Counted from the first letter of the stretch, positions 53,053 to 64,000 are shown. The stretch: 64,000 nucleotides of DNA from Sulfolobales archaeon HS-7 (GCA_019704295.1 AP024596.1:1152001-1216000), one strand, 5' to 3'. The notes: generated by a model not told the origin, from the sequence alone. Numbers and translations: made by a program.

Positions 53053-54099
53053 ATGAAGTACGTAAGATTAGGGAAAAGCGGTCTAAAAGTCTCAACAGTA
53101 TGTTTGGGAACTTGGCATCTTCCGGTATCGAAAGAGCGGGACTCTTACGGGGTTTTCAAGGTAGACGTAGTTCAATCGAAGAGAGTGATTGGAAAGGCAA
53201 TTGACCTAGGGATAAACTTCATTGACACAGCGAATAGATACCACGGTGTCCTAAATGACGAGGATCCAGAACACGCTGGGACGGCGGAAAAGATTTTAGG
53301 GCAGACGATTAGGGGCTACGATAGGGAATCACTAGTAATATCCACGAAAGTAAGGGGGATGGTTGCCTATCATGAAAACGGAGAGGGGTTGTCAAGGAAG
53401 CACATAATGTGGCAGATCAGGGAATCCCTTAGGCGGTTGAACACAGATTATGTGGACATCTACTTGATGCACTGGCCTGATGTTGAAACTCCCTTAGAGG
53501 AATCCCTAGATGCAATGATCGACCTGGTTAAAATGGGAAAGGTGAATTACGTTGGAGCCAGCAACTTTCACCCAGAAGATATTGACTTCATGGTAAATTA
53601 CGTGAGAAGGGCGGGAGCCCCGTTTAACGTCATTCAAGATCAGTATAGTATATTGAGGAGGGGATTGGAAACCGATAAGGTCCCTCTGGCAAAGCGTCTG
53701 GGTCTGGGCATTATGGCCTTTTCCCCACTTGCGCAGGGGTTTCTGACCGGAAAATACCTTGATGGTATACCGCAAATGTCCAGGGCGTCTTACGTTGAGA
53801 AGATGAAAGAGTGGTATTTCACCGAGGAGAATATCAAGTTCCTCAGGGAATTTCATGAGATAGCTAAGGAAAACGGATTGAAGGATTCTCAGTTAGCCCT
53901 GTCTTGGGTGGTAAAGACAGGTGAGGTTCTGGGGGTTTCGATGATACCGACGATAAGCGTAACCTCTGTAGAACAGTTGGAGGAGAATATTGAAGGAGTG
54001 GAGTACTCCATGAGCAATGACGTTTATAGGAGATTGAACGAACTCTCGAGGAATTTCCTTAACAGAAGGTCGGAGCCACCTAAGACGACGAGGTTGTAA
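53053..54099 (+). CDS. Aldo/keto reductase
   Basis: LGKSGLKVS, DTANRY, STK, D.Y.MHWPD and SPLAQGFLTGKY motifs. Confidence 0.93.
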   Translation: MKYVRLGKSGLKVSTVCLGTWHLPVSKERDSYGVFKVDVVQSKRVIGKAIDLGINFIDTANRYHGVLNDEDPEHAGTAEKILGQTIRGYDRESLVISTKVRGMVAYHENGEGLSRKHIMWQIRESLRRLNTDYVDIYLMHWPDVETPLEESLDAMIDLVKMGKVNYVGASNFHPEDIDFMVNYVRRAGAPFNVIQDQYSILRRGLETDKVPLAKRLGLGIMAFSPLAQGFLTGKYLDGIPQMSRASYVEKMKEWYFTEENIKFLREFHEIAKENGLKDSQLALSWVVKTGEVLGVSMIPTISVTSVEQLEENIEGVEYSMSNDVYRRLNELSRNFLNRRSEPPKTTRL

Positions 54100-54103
54100 G
54101 GAT

Positions 54104-54961
54104 ATGAGGAAATACGTGGACGGCCATACTCACCTTTGGCCGAAAGAGTCGCTTACTCAGGAAATGAGGGAACGAGGAGAGACGGTAGGTTATTCGATAC
54201 CCGACATTAACGTAAGTGAAGTAGTAAGGGAGATGGACGAGGCTGATATAGATTTCGTTGTGGTAATAGCTTATCCTATGAGGAAACTATGGAATGCACG
54301 AGAGGATTTCCCATTGAGGGTTATAGACGCCTGCAAAGAATACCCCGACAGGTTCTCGATAGTGGGCGGAATTGAGGTAAACGAGCTAACGACAGAGGAA
54401 GTGAAAAAGTGGCTTGAAGTCCAGTACTCGTCGGGTGTAACGGGGTTCAAACTACATCCACCCCACATGTGGGTTAAGCCCAACGATTACAGGGAAGAGG
54501 AAAGGGGATTGAAAGGTCTCGAACTCCTGTACCAGTTTGCAGAGGACCACGATCTTCCGGTAATTATTCACACAGGTACTTCATTTTTCTTAACAGCTCG
54601 TAATAAGTACGCTGATCCCGTTTTCGTTGATGACGTAGCGGTTGATTTTCCCAAACTCCGAGTGATAATGGCTCATATGGGGAGACCTTCATGGACGTCC
54701 GCAGCATTTCAATTAGTGAGAATAAGGAGGAACGTCTACGGAGACTTGTCCAGTATTCCACCGAAGAGGCTTACCGAATACCTCCCACGGGTGGATGAAA
54801 TAGCGGATAAGTTAATATACGGTAGTGACGCAGGTGGTCCAGGAGTTAAAGGTCTTAAAGCACACCTGACGGAGTTCTTAAACTCTGGAGTATCCTTGAG
54901 AACGAAGGAGGTAATGACAAGGGACAACCCGAGGAAGTTCTTCAGGGTGATAGAGAGGTAG
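54104..54961 (+). CDS. Amidohydrolase_2 family protein
   Basis: DGHTH, KLHP, HTG, AHMG and YGSD motifs. Confidence 0.9.
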   Translation: MRKYVDGHTHLWPKESLTQEMRERGETVGYSIPDINVSEVVREMDEADIDFVVVIAYPMRKLWNAREDFPLRVIDACKEYPDRFSIVGGIEVNELTTEEVKKWLEVQYSSGVTGFKLHPPHMWVKPNDYREEERGLKGLELLYQFAEDHDLPVIIHTGTSFFLTARNKYADPVFVDDVAVDFPKLRVIMAHMGRPSWTSAAFQLVRIRRNVYGDLSSIPPKRLTEYLPRVDEIADKLIYGSDAGGPGVKGLKAHLTEFLNSGVSLRTKEVMTRDNPRKFFRVIER

Positions 54962-54966
54962 AGGGA

Positions 54967-55710
54967 TTGAAGTTTTCCGTAAGAAGCGTTGTAACGGTAG
55001 TGCCTTACAGAAAAGTGGAGAACTTAACGGGGGTTCTGCGGATGCTTCCTAGAACCCAGAAAAAAGATGTTGATGTAGTCATTCCTAACTTGTGTTCCTA
55101 TAAGGTTCTACACGACAGGTTCAGGAACTCATACCTCGAGGTAAGCTGTAGGAGGTTACAAGAGGAGTTGGACATAGAGATCTCCTATACTTATGAGAGA
55201 GTGGCAGATACCGAACGCCCTGATAGCGTATTTCTGGAGTCGAGTAAATACGTTGACGTCAAAAAATTCGAGAGTCTAGGAAAGATGCTGAGGGGGGATA
55301 GGGAAGAGGAAACCTTTATCAATGCGGTTAATTACGCGAGGAAAATCCTTTCTTACGAAAGGGTGATGGACTTCAAGTCTGGATATGAGTCGGTAAAGAG
55401 GGGAATAGGGGTCTGCTTTCACTTTAGTCACGTTGTAATAGGTATTCTGAGATCTCAGGGAATACCCTCCAGGATAGTATCGGGATTAACGCCGTTCAAA
55501 GAGCGTACGGAGGAATCTCATGCTTGGGTTCAAGGTTATATAGGAAAGAAATGGATGGACGCGGATCCTACGGCTGGACTCATAGGCGTCGGGAATTACA
55601 TAACCTGGAATGTGGGTAGGGACGAATTCGATGTCAGGACCAAGTTCTCCGGGTTAGGGAAATTTCAGCTAAGGGAATATCATGAAGTAAGAGCGGTGAG
55701 GGAAAGTTAG
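54967..55710 (+). CDS. Transglutaminase-like cysteine protease
   Basis: GVCFHFSH, HAW and DPT catalytic triad motifs. Confidence 0.88.
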   Translation: MKFSVRSVVTVVPYRKVENLTGVLRMLPRTQKKDVDVVIPNLCSYKVLHDRFRNSYLEVSCRRLQEELDIEISYTYERVADTERPDSVFLESSKYVDVKKFESLGKMLRGDREEETFINAVNYARKILSYERVMDFKSGYESVKRGIGVCFHFSHVVIGILRSQGIPSRIVSGLTPFKERTEESHAWVQGYIGKKWMDADPTAGLIGVGNYITWNVGRDEFDVRTKFSGLGKFQLREYHEVRAVRES

Positions 55711-55843
55711 CGTCATTTCAAGGGTAGATAACGACGCTGTTCTCAATTAATGAGTGGAGTATCCCTTATTGATTAATACATTTACTGAGAGTTAATAGCG
55801 GATACAGAGCAATCTATAATACCGTTCGCAACTAACAGTACCC

Positions 55844-56536
55844 ATGTGTAGAATGTTCGCATATTATGGACAATCTGCAGAGAGGTTGTTAAGCCTGTTC
55901 GGAAGTCTTCAGAGAAGTGCTGAGAGAGATTTCAGGTGTAACCACCCACACGATGACGGGTGGGGGATTGTATTGCTTACTAAGGATAAACTAATGCATT
56001 ACAGGAGCCTTCGCCCTATTTACGATGAGGAGTTCCCCTTTAACTTGAGGGATGAGGAGATGATGACAATAGTTCACGCGAGGAAGGCGTCTCCAAATTC
56101 CCCCAGGGGGGTACAGTTCTCGCATCCGTTTGTCTTGACAAATCATAACGGTACCTACTTTATGGCTCATAACGGAAGCGTAGACAAACAGAGCCTCTCT
56201 AATGAGAGGGATTTGGAAAGCGTAGTGGATAGTGAATTGCTTCTGGAATATATCGCAGGAGGAAATTCGGTGGAGAAGCTAGTTAAGGACTTTCAGGGTA
56301 AGGGCAATCAGGGGAAGAACGTAATCAACCTACTTCTCCTGGAGATTAGGAGAGATGGACAGGCTACTCTTAGTTATTACTCCTATTTCGAAAAAAATAA
56401 GGAATGTTATGAGATGTTTTATGCAGGGGACGCTATATTCTCCTCTACTATGATCGACTATGGGCAAAATGGAGAGGTAGTGGAGAGTGAAAAATTTATG
56501 ATCCTTGGAAGCATAAAGACAAGGGTCGTCAGGTAG
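55844..56536 (+). CDS. Class II glutamine amidotransferase (YafJ/EgtC-like Ntn hydrolase)
   Basis: MCRM, DGWG, HARKAS, HPF, HNG and DSE motifs. Confidence 0.9.
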   Translation: MCRMFAYYGQSAERLLSLFGSLQRSAERDFRCNHPHDDGWGIVLLTKDKLMHYRSLRPIYDEEFPFNLRDEEMMTIVHARKASPNSPRGVQFSHPFVLTNHNGTYFMAHNGSVDKQSLSNERDLESVVDSELLLEYIAGGNSVEKLVKDFQGKGNQGKNVINLLLLEIRRDGQATLSYYSYFEKNKECYEMFYAGDAIFSSTMIDYGQNGEVVESEKFMILGSIKTRVVR

Positions 56537-56921
56537 TACCCAATCTTCAAGTGGCAGATCGAGAGACGTAATTTCAACTTCGTAGGAGGGGGGATCGCGA
56601 GGGATGGTCAGCCCCTCATAGAAATATCTCTTTAACGTAAAAGGTCGCGATATCCCTTAGATCTAGGGTATTATAGCTGAGCTAATGCGCTAAGTTCTAG
56701 GGGAACTTCTGTGTAGAGAAAACCCTCTATATCCCCCCACTGGAAATTATAGAATTGTTAGATGGATCCTCAGTGGGATGAAAGGGATAGAAGTTTCTCA
56801 GAGAAGAAGATCGCCATGCGTAAGCGCTCAGTTAGTACAATGAAGAAATTCAACTTAATAAGTGCCTGTAATTACCCGGAAAAAAAGATGTATTTGCTTA
56901 TATCTTTCGCACAACTCCTCA

Positions 56922-57884
56922 TTATCTTCTTCTCCTCCCGTAAACTGCTATTACGATTAAAGTAAATATGATCACGACAAGGGCTAACTCCGCTATGTAA
57001 AAGCTATTTGGAGACGTTGAAGCAGTTACGGGTTGGGAGGTCGAAGAAGATGGAACCGGGGAGGATGTAACCAGTTCTATCCCATAGCTCTTATTTTGGA
57101 GAGTGTAATTATATACATAGAGGGATAGATGAGCTCCCCCGTTGAAGGTCCCAAACTCCGTTCCTAATTCTACACCCATAAGGAAAAAGGAACTGTAGTT
57201 TCCCAACAGTTCCACTTCTTCGAAAAAGTAGGAAAGGTCGATCAAAACAGTTCCACTATCCACTGGCTCGTCCGACTCAAACGTTAGTATTCTCGTATTA
57301 GCCCCTCCCGTACCGTTGTATATCGTCCATTCAACGTTTTCGGTAACGCCATTTACCGTTACTGGGAGAGTTAAGGTCAAGTAAGGATCTCCCGCGGGAT
57401 AAAGAGAGGGCGTGTGATAAAGCCAGATCATTACCTCTAGATCACCTGGACCTGGAGAGTGTCCAGGAGAGGGCCTGTTCTCCACCCAGAAGTCGAAGGA
57501 GAAGTCGTTGGGGAGATTCTTCGGCACGTTCAATCTGTAAGAAATCGATGCAGAGTAGTTAAATGAAACGAACTTATTTAGCTCAAGGGGAAAATATAGA
57601 TATTCTTCCGGCCCCCAACTTTCATCTTCAAGGTTCCTCCCGTATCCTATCTCGGGATATCCCGCAACTACGTCATTAGGATCCTTTTCGGAAATCGAAG
57701 TTAGGTTAACGTTTGCCCTTAGCGTTCCATTAACGCACATTGTCACGTTACCAGACGCTGAACTCAAGTTCCAGAGATCGGTGTTTATACCGCCATACTT
57801 AAGAGGCGAGTAGGAATAGAGGGAAAGAGCGTTTCCAGTTATACAGGAGAACGCCAGAAAGAGCATCAATAAGTTTGAGATCAT
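56922..57884 (-). CDS. GH12-like endoglucanase, secreted and C-terminally anchored
   Basis: Signal peptide; GYPE, EVMIW and GTEF motifs; Ser/Thr linker, TM helix and RRRR tail. Confidence 0.85.
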   Translation of the reverse strand: MISNLLMLFLAFSCITGNALSLYSYSPLKYGGINTDLWNLSSASGNVTMCVNGTLRANVNLTSISEKDPNDVVAGYPEIGYGRNLEDESWGPEEYLYFPLELNKFVSFNYSASISYRLNVPKNLPNDFSFDFWVENRPSPGHSPGPGDLEVMIWLYHTPSLYPAGDPYLTLTLPVTVNGVTENVEWTIYNGTGGANTRILTFESDEPVDSGTVLIDLSYFFEEVELLGNYSSFFLMGVELGTEFGTFNGGAHLSLYVYNYTLQNKSYGIELVTSSPVPSSSTSQPVTASTSPNSFYIAELALVVIIFTLIVIAVYGRRRR

Positions 57885-58240
57885 AACTGTTAATAAACTA
57901 TCAAAATTAAGAATATTTGCTTTACGTTACCGAAAACGGCTACCGAACCTGAAGGTTATACTCCTCTCATTGACAATTTTCCAGATATTACGACGACTTG
58001 ATCAAGTTCTCTAGTAATTAGAAATAAAGCCTTCTAATTTCCTCTTTCCGATAGTAGCCTATGTTTACTCTTTGAATAACTCTAAACCCCTTAGGAGAGT
58101 TTTCGCCACCTTTAAGGTTCTACGTGTTTAGTGCGAGCAATACTATTTATCTTTTCAGAAAATCTCATTATATATATTATTACAGAAATTTTAATAAATA
58201 CCACGGTAAACATATAATACTCAAAAAATCTACCTATTAT

Positions 58241-60745
58241 ATGAAGTGGTGGATATTACCCTTTATTGGGGCAATAATAGCTGTTCTTGTAATCCTCTCC
58301 TCTCCCTTTTCTATATTGAATCCATACATGGGGATCTGGAGCGAAGCATCCATCGTTACAAGGAGTGAAGTACTCAACCTCCCGAAAAACTTAACCTATG
58401 ATGGGATATTTTTCCCAACCTTAAAGCGACCGGTAAGAATAGAGGTTACTGATAACGGTGAAGGTGTAATATTAGCTAAAGATCCTTATGATCTCTATTT
58501 CGGCGAGGGATATTACCAAGCTTCGCAGAGGCTTTTCGAGATGGAGTTCTTCGGTTTAGTAGCTTCTGGAAACGTAAGCAGTTGGGTAGGTGAAGAGGGA
58601 TTAAACTCCGATTTGGCAATGCACTTAATCGGTATTCCCTATAACGCTAATTTGACCTTGAATTGCTTAAGAATGAAATATCCGGTAATATACTCCTATT
58701 TGGAGGCTTTCTCTAACGGGGTCAACGCCTATATTTCCCAACTGAACTCTAGGGATGAACCCCTATGTTTTAGGCTCTTGCACGCCAAGCCCTATCTATG
58801 GTCCCCCTATTACACTTTAGCTTTCGCAGAGTTCATGGCTTGGGGACTTACCTCGGGTTTCTCTGGGGAAATTCAATCGGCGATGATATACGCGTCGTTC
58901 AACTACTCAATAGCGTCGTTGTTAAACCCCTACTACCCGTATTTCACCAACGGTAACATTACTATGATGCCTGGAGACGGCACGATAAACGGCTATAATC
59001 TCACAGATCAGGGAGTAAATCCCTCTTATTTATGGTCGTTAAACTGGTATCAGGATTGGGCGATCGGTATACCCAAAAGTACATTACAATCGATAATACC
59101 GCTAATGAATTACTCGCTTAACAATATATCGGATCCATTAACGAATTTCATTGACTTCGGAAGTAATTCATGGGTTGTCTCTGGAAATAAGAGTACTACG
59201 GGTTTCCCGATCCTCGCTAATGATCCTCACCTAACTCTGTATTTCCCCTCAGTGTGGATCCAAGTCTGGCTAATGGGAGGGGGATATAACGTAAGCGGGT
59301 GGGCACTGGCGGGAATTCCAGGAGTGTTAATAGGTCATACTAACCAAACCGCATGGGGACTAACTACACCCTTCGGAGCGTCATCTGACGCTTACCTTGA
59401 GGTCCTTAAGGGGAATGATTACCTGTATGAAGGGAATTACCTTCCCATGAAGCATGTCTCATTCGTGCTTTTAGGCAAAAAATACTCAGTTTACTATACT
59501 AATAATGGCCCCCTTGTAGCTCGCGAGGGGAATTACGGGATAAGCCTCTATTGGCCAGCTCAGCAATCCCCGATGACCACTGTAGTTGCCGAATTCCTAT
59601 TGGATAACTCGACGTCTTTTGCAGACCTGCTTAGGGCCGCGGAACTGTGGAATTTTCCCCCTCAAAACATGGCGCTTGTGGGAAGACATAATTTCGGCAT
59701 TATAAACGCGGGGACTTATCCCCTGATAAACGAGACGCTCCCCGACGGAAGGAACGTCATGGTTATAGGTTCTAGAGGACCTCTTAACGGTTCTTCCGGA
59801 AGATACGAACCTGTGGGATTCGTTCCATTCAAGTACCTTCCTCAAACTATAGATCCCGAGAGGGGTTACGCGTTTGCACCGAATCAGCCTACGGCTTGGG
59901 TTAATTACCCGTTTCCGCTAATTGGAGGATATTGGGTGTCAGACGGGAGAGCACTGGATGTGTATCATTACCTAAGCGTTGTTCAAAAACTCTCTATATC
60001 GAACATGATGGGATTACAAGGAAATGTTACTGACTACTGGTCTTATCTACTTAAGCCGTATCTGGTGAACTCCCTTAAAGGGATGAATATGTCAGGTTTG
60101 GAGTCTAAGGCATATAGTTACCTCCAAGAATGGAATTCAACCTTCTATCAGGGGGAAGTGGGACCTACCGTGTATACATATCTCATTGCAGAGATGGTCA
60201 ATACCTCTCTCAACTCGTTCCTCCTTAAAAAGGGAATTTACTTTTACACGCAGACTAGCGATTCTTATATTCCCTCGCTCTTCCTCTACTTAGCTATTAA
60301 CCAACCCAACTCAACGCTATTTAACGGCAACTTCACCTTCTTCGTAAGGGAAAATTTCGCAAGGGAAATTTCCTTTCTATCTCTAGAACTAAACCAGAAC
60401 GTCTCTTCATGGACGTGGGGGAAAGTACATTACGTGGAGTTCTATAGTCCTTTGGGAATTACCGCCCTTTCCTTAGGGCCTTATCCAGAATGGGGAGACT
60501 CCTTTACACTATCTGCGGGATACTTCCCATATGTTTTACAGGTTCCGCTCCCTTACGTTACGATAGGACCATCGCTCAGGTTCATAGCCTCCCCAGGTTC
60601 CGACCAATTCTATGGCGTTTTTCCTGGAGGCTCAACGGAAAACATTCTGAGTCCTTTAGCTTACGTTCAACTAAATAAGTGGCTTGACTTTGAGTATTAC
60701 AACATGAACAACGTTAGCGTTAACTATACTATAACTCTAAAGTGA
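58241..60745 (+). CDS. Penicillin acylase family (S45 Ntn hydrolase), membrane anchored
   Basis: GY.QA..RLFEM, GSNSW, LANDPHL and AWGLT motifs; N-terminal TM. Confidence 0.92.
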   Translation: MKWWILPFIGAIIAVLVILSSPFSILNPYMGIWSEASIVTRSEVLNLPKNLTYDGIFFPTLKRPVRIEVTDNGEGVILAKDPYDLYFGEGYYQASQRLFEMEFFGLVASGNVSSWVGEEGLNSDLAMHLIGIPYNANLTLNCLRMKYPVIYSYLEAFSNGVNAYISQLNSRDEPLCFRLLHAKPYLWSPYYTLAFAEFMAWGLTSGFSGEIQSAMIYASFNYSIASLLNPYYPYFTNGNITMMPGDGTINGYNLTDQGVNPSYLWSLNWYQDWAIGIPKSTLQSIIPLMNYSLNNISDPLTNFIDFGSNSWVVSGNKSTTGFPILANDPHLTLYFPSVWIQVWLMGGGYNVSGWALAGIPGVLIGHTNQTAWGLTTPFGASSDAYLEVLKGNDYLYEGNYLPMKHVSFVLLGKKYSVYYTNNGPLVAREGNYGISLYWPAQQSPMTTVVAEFLLDNSTSFADLLRAAELWNFPPQNMALVGRHNFGIINAGTYPLINETLPDGRNVMVIGSRGPLNGSSGRYEPVGFVPFKYLPQTIDPERGYAFAPNQPTAWVNYPFPLIGGYWVSDGRALDVYHYLSVVQKLSISNMMGLQGNVTDYWSYLLKPYLVNSLKGMNMSGLESKAYSYLQEWNSTFYQGEVGPTVYTYLIAEMVNTSLNSFLLKKGIYFYTQTSDSYIPSLFLYLAINQPNSTLFNGNFTFFVRENFAREISFLSLELNQNVSSWTWGKVHYVEFYSPLGITALSLGPYPEWGDSFTLSAGYFPYVLQVPLPYVTIGPSLRFIASPGSDQFYGVFPGGSTENILSPLAYVQLNKWLDFEYYNMNNVSVNYTITLK

Positions 60746-61107
60746 GGAAAATGATAAGAGCTATTATTTCAATTTTAGCCTCAATAGTGATAAGTTATGC
60801 TACCCTCATTTTATTACCCATTACGTTGTTTGCAGTAGCAATAGGCATACCTTTGTTTTTGATTAAGCCTAGGTATTCTGGAATTTATGGATTTGCAATT
60901 GGGTTGTTGACATCTCTCTCCATTTACCTGCTCTATTCGCCCTCAGCAGTTTATCAACTATCGGTAAGGACGGGGGAGATCATTGGTATTCCAGGATCTG
61001 TTCTAATTATACTGTATCCGTTAATTTATGCTGTTATAGCTGGACTGTCCTCACTTCTCTTCTCGGGAATTTATGAAATTGCAAAAAATATAGGAAATCG
61101 CAGGTAA
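60742..61107 (+). CDS. Small membrane protein
   Basis: Hydrophobic ORF with GTGA overlap to the acylase stop. Confidence 0.7.
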   Translation: MRKMIRAIISILASIVISYATLILLPITLFAVAIGIPLFLIKPRYSGIYGFAIGLLTSLSIYLLYSPSAVYQLSVRTGEIIGIPGSVLIILYPLIYAVIAGLSSLLFSGIYEIAKNIGNRR

Positions 61108-61198
61108 GGTTCTATTAGTATGGGTATTGCATTATAACTTCGCAATAGTTCAATACGTTCTTCACGATTTTTTTAAACGATAAGGGTTATAATAAATC

Positions 61199-61540
61199 AT
61201 GGATAAGTATTACTTCGCACTACTGGGAGAGGCGGGAGCGGCGGGAATAGCAAAAGCCTTTTACGTAAGGTTCAAAAAAGTTGAATTGAGAAAAGCCTAT
61301 GAGCAGGAAACAACCCATTGGGAATACTTTAGAAAGTTCAGGCGTTCCTCTTTGGAGTATCCCGTTTACTACGTCCTTTTCATCACAGGGATATTGATCT
61401 CGCTGTTGGGATTTGGCGTTACTAAGCGCGCAATAAGGAGATTAGAGAAAGCCGCGATAAATTTCTACGTAAGGAACTTTCCAGGCGATAAAGATATAGA
61501 GGCAATTCTTGAACAGGAAAGAGAGCATATGAGGATCTAG
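61199..61540 (+). CDS. Ferritin-like (rubrerythrin/COQ7-like) protein
   Basis: E..A, ETTH, E..A..FY and EREH di-iron pattern. Confidence 0.7.
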   Translation: MDKYYFALLGEAGAAGIAKAFYVRFKKVELRKAYEQETTHWEYFRKFRRSSLEYPVYYVLFITGILISLLGFGVTKRAIRRLEKAAINFYVRNFPGDKDIEAILEQEREHMRI

Positions 61541-61944
61541 AAATACTAACGGTTCCGCATAACTCGTCATTATGGGGATCTTTTTGAAGTTCTCACTTCC
61601 TCTTTAAAAAATAATCTACATCTTTAACCTAACGTAAGTATTTGGAGTTCTAAACCATAAGGATAACCCCATAGGATCGCCTTTCTGCTGCAACAACGGC
61701 TCCCAGACTAGTTTGTAAGAGCTGGGTAAACCCTGTGGGCAAGATCCTTGGACCATGAAGACCTTTCTAACGCCTCAAAGGAGTGTTACGACAATCTAAT
61801 CAAACTTCCGTCACACAGGTCTCATCGAAAGAGAGGAGATAGTAAGGCTAAGAGACATTTTCGACCAGTATAATTAGCTGCCCTTGTTCGCTGTAGGGAC
61901 TTTTTACCTAACTAGTTTTAAACCGAACTCATGGGGCCGTTAAC

Positions 61945-62097
61945 GTGTTCATCGCGAATTCAGTTTATTTAGATAAATAGAATGAATTTAGTTAAATACC
62001 ATCGTACGGATTGGGTAGAGATTCGCTCTTAACAATTTCCTTTGTTTAATCCCAATTTACCATAATTACAATTCTTAATGGAAACCTGAGTTGCCCC
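61945..62097. repeat. ~150 bp dispersed repeat, copy 2; probable IS-end remnant
   Basis: Same orientation as, and aligns with, 7747-7898. Confidence 0.75.
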
Positions 62098-62163
62098 TTG
62101 GGAAAGTCCTCTCATTAACCTTTGAGTGATGATCTTAAATACGGAAAATACTAGTTTATTTCT

Positions 62164-64000
62164 ATGTACATTGGTCAGCGAGTAAAGAGGAAGGAGGACT
62201 TCAGGCTAATAACGGGTAACGGAAGGTATATCGACGACATTCAAATTAACAATGTTCTTTACCTCTCCATATTGCGAAGTAATGTCCCTCACGCAAAGGT
62301 AAAGAAGGTCAATTATGAAGACGCGATGAAGCTATCAGGGGTAGTTAATGTAGTAACAGGCCTTAACTTAAACGTGGACAACAGGCCTAGGAATTTCCCC
62401 ATGGGAAAGGATGAGGTTCTCTACGTTGGTCAACCCGTAGCGGCCGTTCTCTCCACGGATCGTTATGTGGGATACGATGCCCTTGATCTCATTACCTTCG
62501 ACTATGAAGAATTGACTCCCGTTGTAGATATAGAACAGGCGATGACTAATAAGGTAAAGGCCGTTGAGGGAAGGGATAATTTAGCCTATAAAAGGACTTA
62601 CAGAGGTGGAGAACCCGAAAGTGCGTACAATAAGAGTGAGGTTAAACTGGAACAGGAGATAGAGATAGGTCGCGTTTATCCCTCTGCGATGGAACCAAGA
62701 GGACTTTTAGTAGAATATCAGGGGGACAGGCTAACTGTGTATGCCTCAACCCAATCCCCTCATTACATGAGGAGTTTCCTATTAAACGCTTTCTCAGATA
62801 TGGTTAGAGATATCAGGGTTATCCAAGCTGACGTTGGAGGAGCCTTCGGTTCGAAGCTATTCCCTTATCCCGAGGATTACATAGCCGTTTACTCTTCTTT
62901 AGTGACGAGGAGGTCGGTAAAGGTAGTGTTGCCGAGAAGAGAGGACATTTTATCTACATATCATGCAAGGGATCAAAAACACAGGGTTAGGGTTGGGGCT
63001 AACAGGGACGGAAGAGTAAACGCGATTATTGATGATGTGTTTATTGACCTGGGGGCGGCCTGGCACGGGACGTATTTAGCTGATATAGCCGCAACCTTAA
63101 TAACAGGTCCTTATGATATAAGGAATGCGTTAGCTAACGTTTTCGGCGTCCTTACAAACAAGGTTCCTTTAGACCAGTATAGGGGAGCTGGGAGACCGGA
63201 GGCTGCTTTCGTTTATGAGAGGGTAATGGACATTCTCGCTGATGAACTTAAAATGGATCCCGTAGAGTTGAGGAAAAAGAACGTAATACAGTCAACGCCC
63301 TACGTTAATCCTTTCGGTCTGAAATACGATAGCGGAAATTACATTAACCTGTTAAATAACGCTGAGAAATTCTATAGTCAAATGGAGGACAGAGCTAGGA
63401 AATTAAGGGAAAAAGGGAAAAGAGTGGGAGTAGGAATTTCCTTTTACGTAGAACAGAATAATTTCGGACCTTGGGAAAGCGCCTCGGTCAGGTTACTATC
63501 TAACGGAAAGATCGAGGTGATTATAGGGGCGGCTCCTCATGGTCAGGGTACGGGCACGGGGATAGCTCAAGTCGTTGCAGACGAATTGGGAGTAAACCTT
63601 GATGACGTTGATGTCATCTGGGGAGATACTGATAAGATTTCGAATGCTTTCGGAACATACGGTAGCAGGAGTCTGACGTTAGCTGGAAACGCAGCCCTCC
63701 TAGCGGCGAGGAAATTAAGGGAAAACGTGCTGAGACTCGCAGCCTCATTTATGAAAAGTGACGTAGAGGAATTACAGTATAAAGAGGGGAAAATAGTGAA
63801 TCCAAAGAGTTCAAGGGAAATGACGTTAAAAGAGATAGCTAGGAGAACTACGGGGGATCTAGGGGGAATATGGAAATACAAGGCTGAACCTCTCTTAGAG
63901 GCAACAGCTTCGTTCGGTATGGATAACTTTACGTTTCCTTACGGGAGTCACATAGCAATGGTTGAAGTCGACGACACTGGAAAGGTAACTATCCTTGAGT
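62164..64000 (+). CDS. Second xanthine dehydrogenase-family Mo-binding large subunit (CutA-like), truncated by window end
   Basis: MYIGQRVKRKED.RLITG.G.YIDD, GGAFGSK, YRGAGRPE and HGQG motifs; absent from the ORF track because it has no stop in the window. Confidence 0.92.
   Translation, partial: MYIGQRVKRKEDFRLITGNGRYIDDIQINNVLYLSILRSNVPHAKVKKVNYEDAMKLSGVVNVVTGLNLNVDNRPRNFPMGKDEVLYVGQPVAAVLSTDRYVGYDALDLITFDYEELTPVVDIEQAMTNKVKAVEGRDNLAYKRTYRGGEPESAYNKSEVKLEQEIEIGRVYPSAMEPRGLLVEYQGDRLTVYASTQSPHYMRSFLLNAFSDMVRDIRVIQADVGGAFGSKLFPYPEDYIAVYSSLVTRRSVKVVLPRREDILSTYHARDQKHRVRVGANRDGRVNAIIDDVFIDLGAAWHGTYLADIAATLITGPYDIRNALANVFGVLTNKVPLDQYRGAGRPEAAFVYERVMDILADELKMDPVELRKKNVIQSTPYVNPFGLKYDSGNYINLLNNAEKFYSQMEDRARKLREKGKRVGVGISFYVEQNNFGPWESASVRLLSNGKIEVIIGAAPHGQGTGTGIAQVVADELGVNLDDVDVIWGDTDKISNAFGTYGSRSLTLAGNAALLAARKLRENVLRLAASFMKSDVEELQYKEGKIVNPKSSREMTLKEIARRTTGDLGGIWKYKAEPLLEATASFGMDNFTFPYGSHIAMVEVDDTGKVTILE

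Noticed and set aside
56537-56920. GC-rich dyads (GGGATCGCGA..TCGCGATATCCC) as a possible ncRNA
   Set aside because: No C/D, H/ACA or tRNA hallmarks; a decayed coding remnant is equally plausible

Overview
Chromosomal segment of a thermoacidophilic archaeon, most likely Sulfolobales. The assignment rests on an Acidianus-type SQR, a Crn1 ring nuclease, a coalescin-like SMC protein, PaREP1 and MalA. Most of the window is metabolic or housekeeping: sugar and NitT/TauT ABC transporters, two Mo-hydroxylase large subunits, SQR, GH31 and GH12 glycosidases, Fur, thioredoxin and DtdA. Three accessory patches interrupt it: ~6.7-8.7 kb (PaREP1, decayed HEPN-MNT, IS-end remnant), ~23-33.4 kb (three ATPase-wHTH genes, two HEPN/MNT pairs, a coiled-coil nuclease, MITE and IS remnants) and ~49.8-52.8 kb (an AT-rich two-gene cassette). 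Top candidate for a new system: the 50408-52015 cassette, which pairs a tandem PD-(D/E)XK nuclease with a protein whose C-terminal half resembles, by eye, the SIRV2-fold capsid protein of filamentous archaeal viruses. Also notable: each of the three ATPase genes has its own tandem or palindromic operator-like repeat just upstream of the start, and a two-gene membrane/ferredoxin module is built from three copies of a Met/Glu-rich domain. I saw no tRNA, rRNA or CRISPR array. All family calls come from motif recognition, not database searches.
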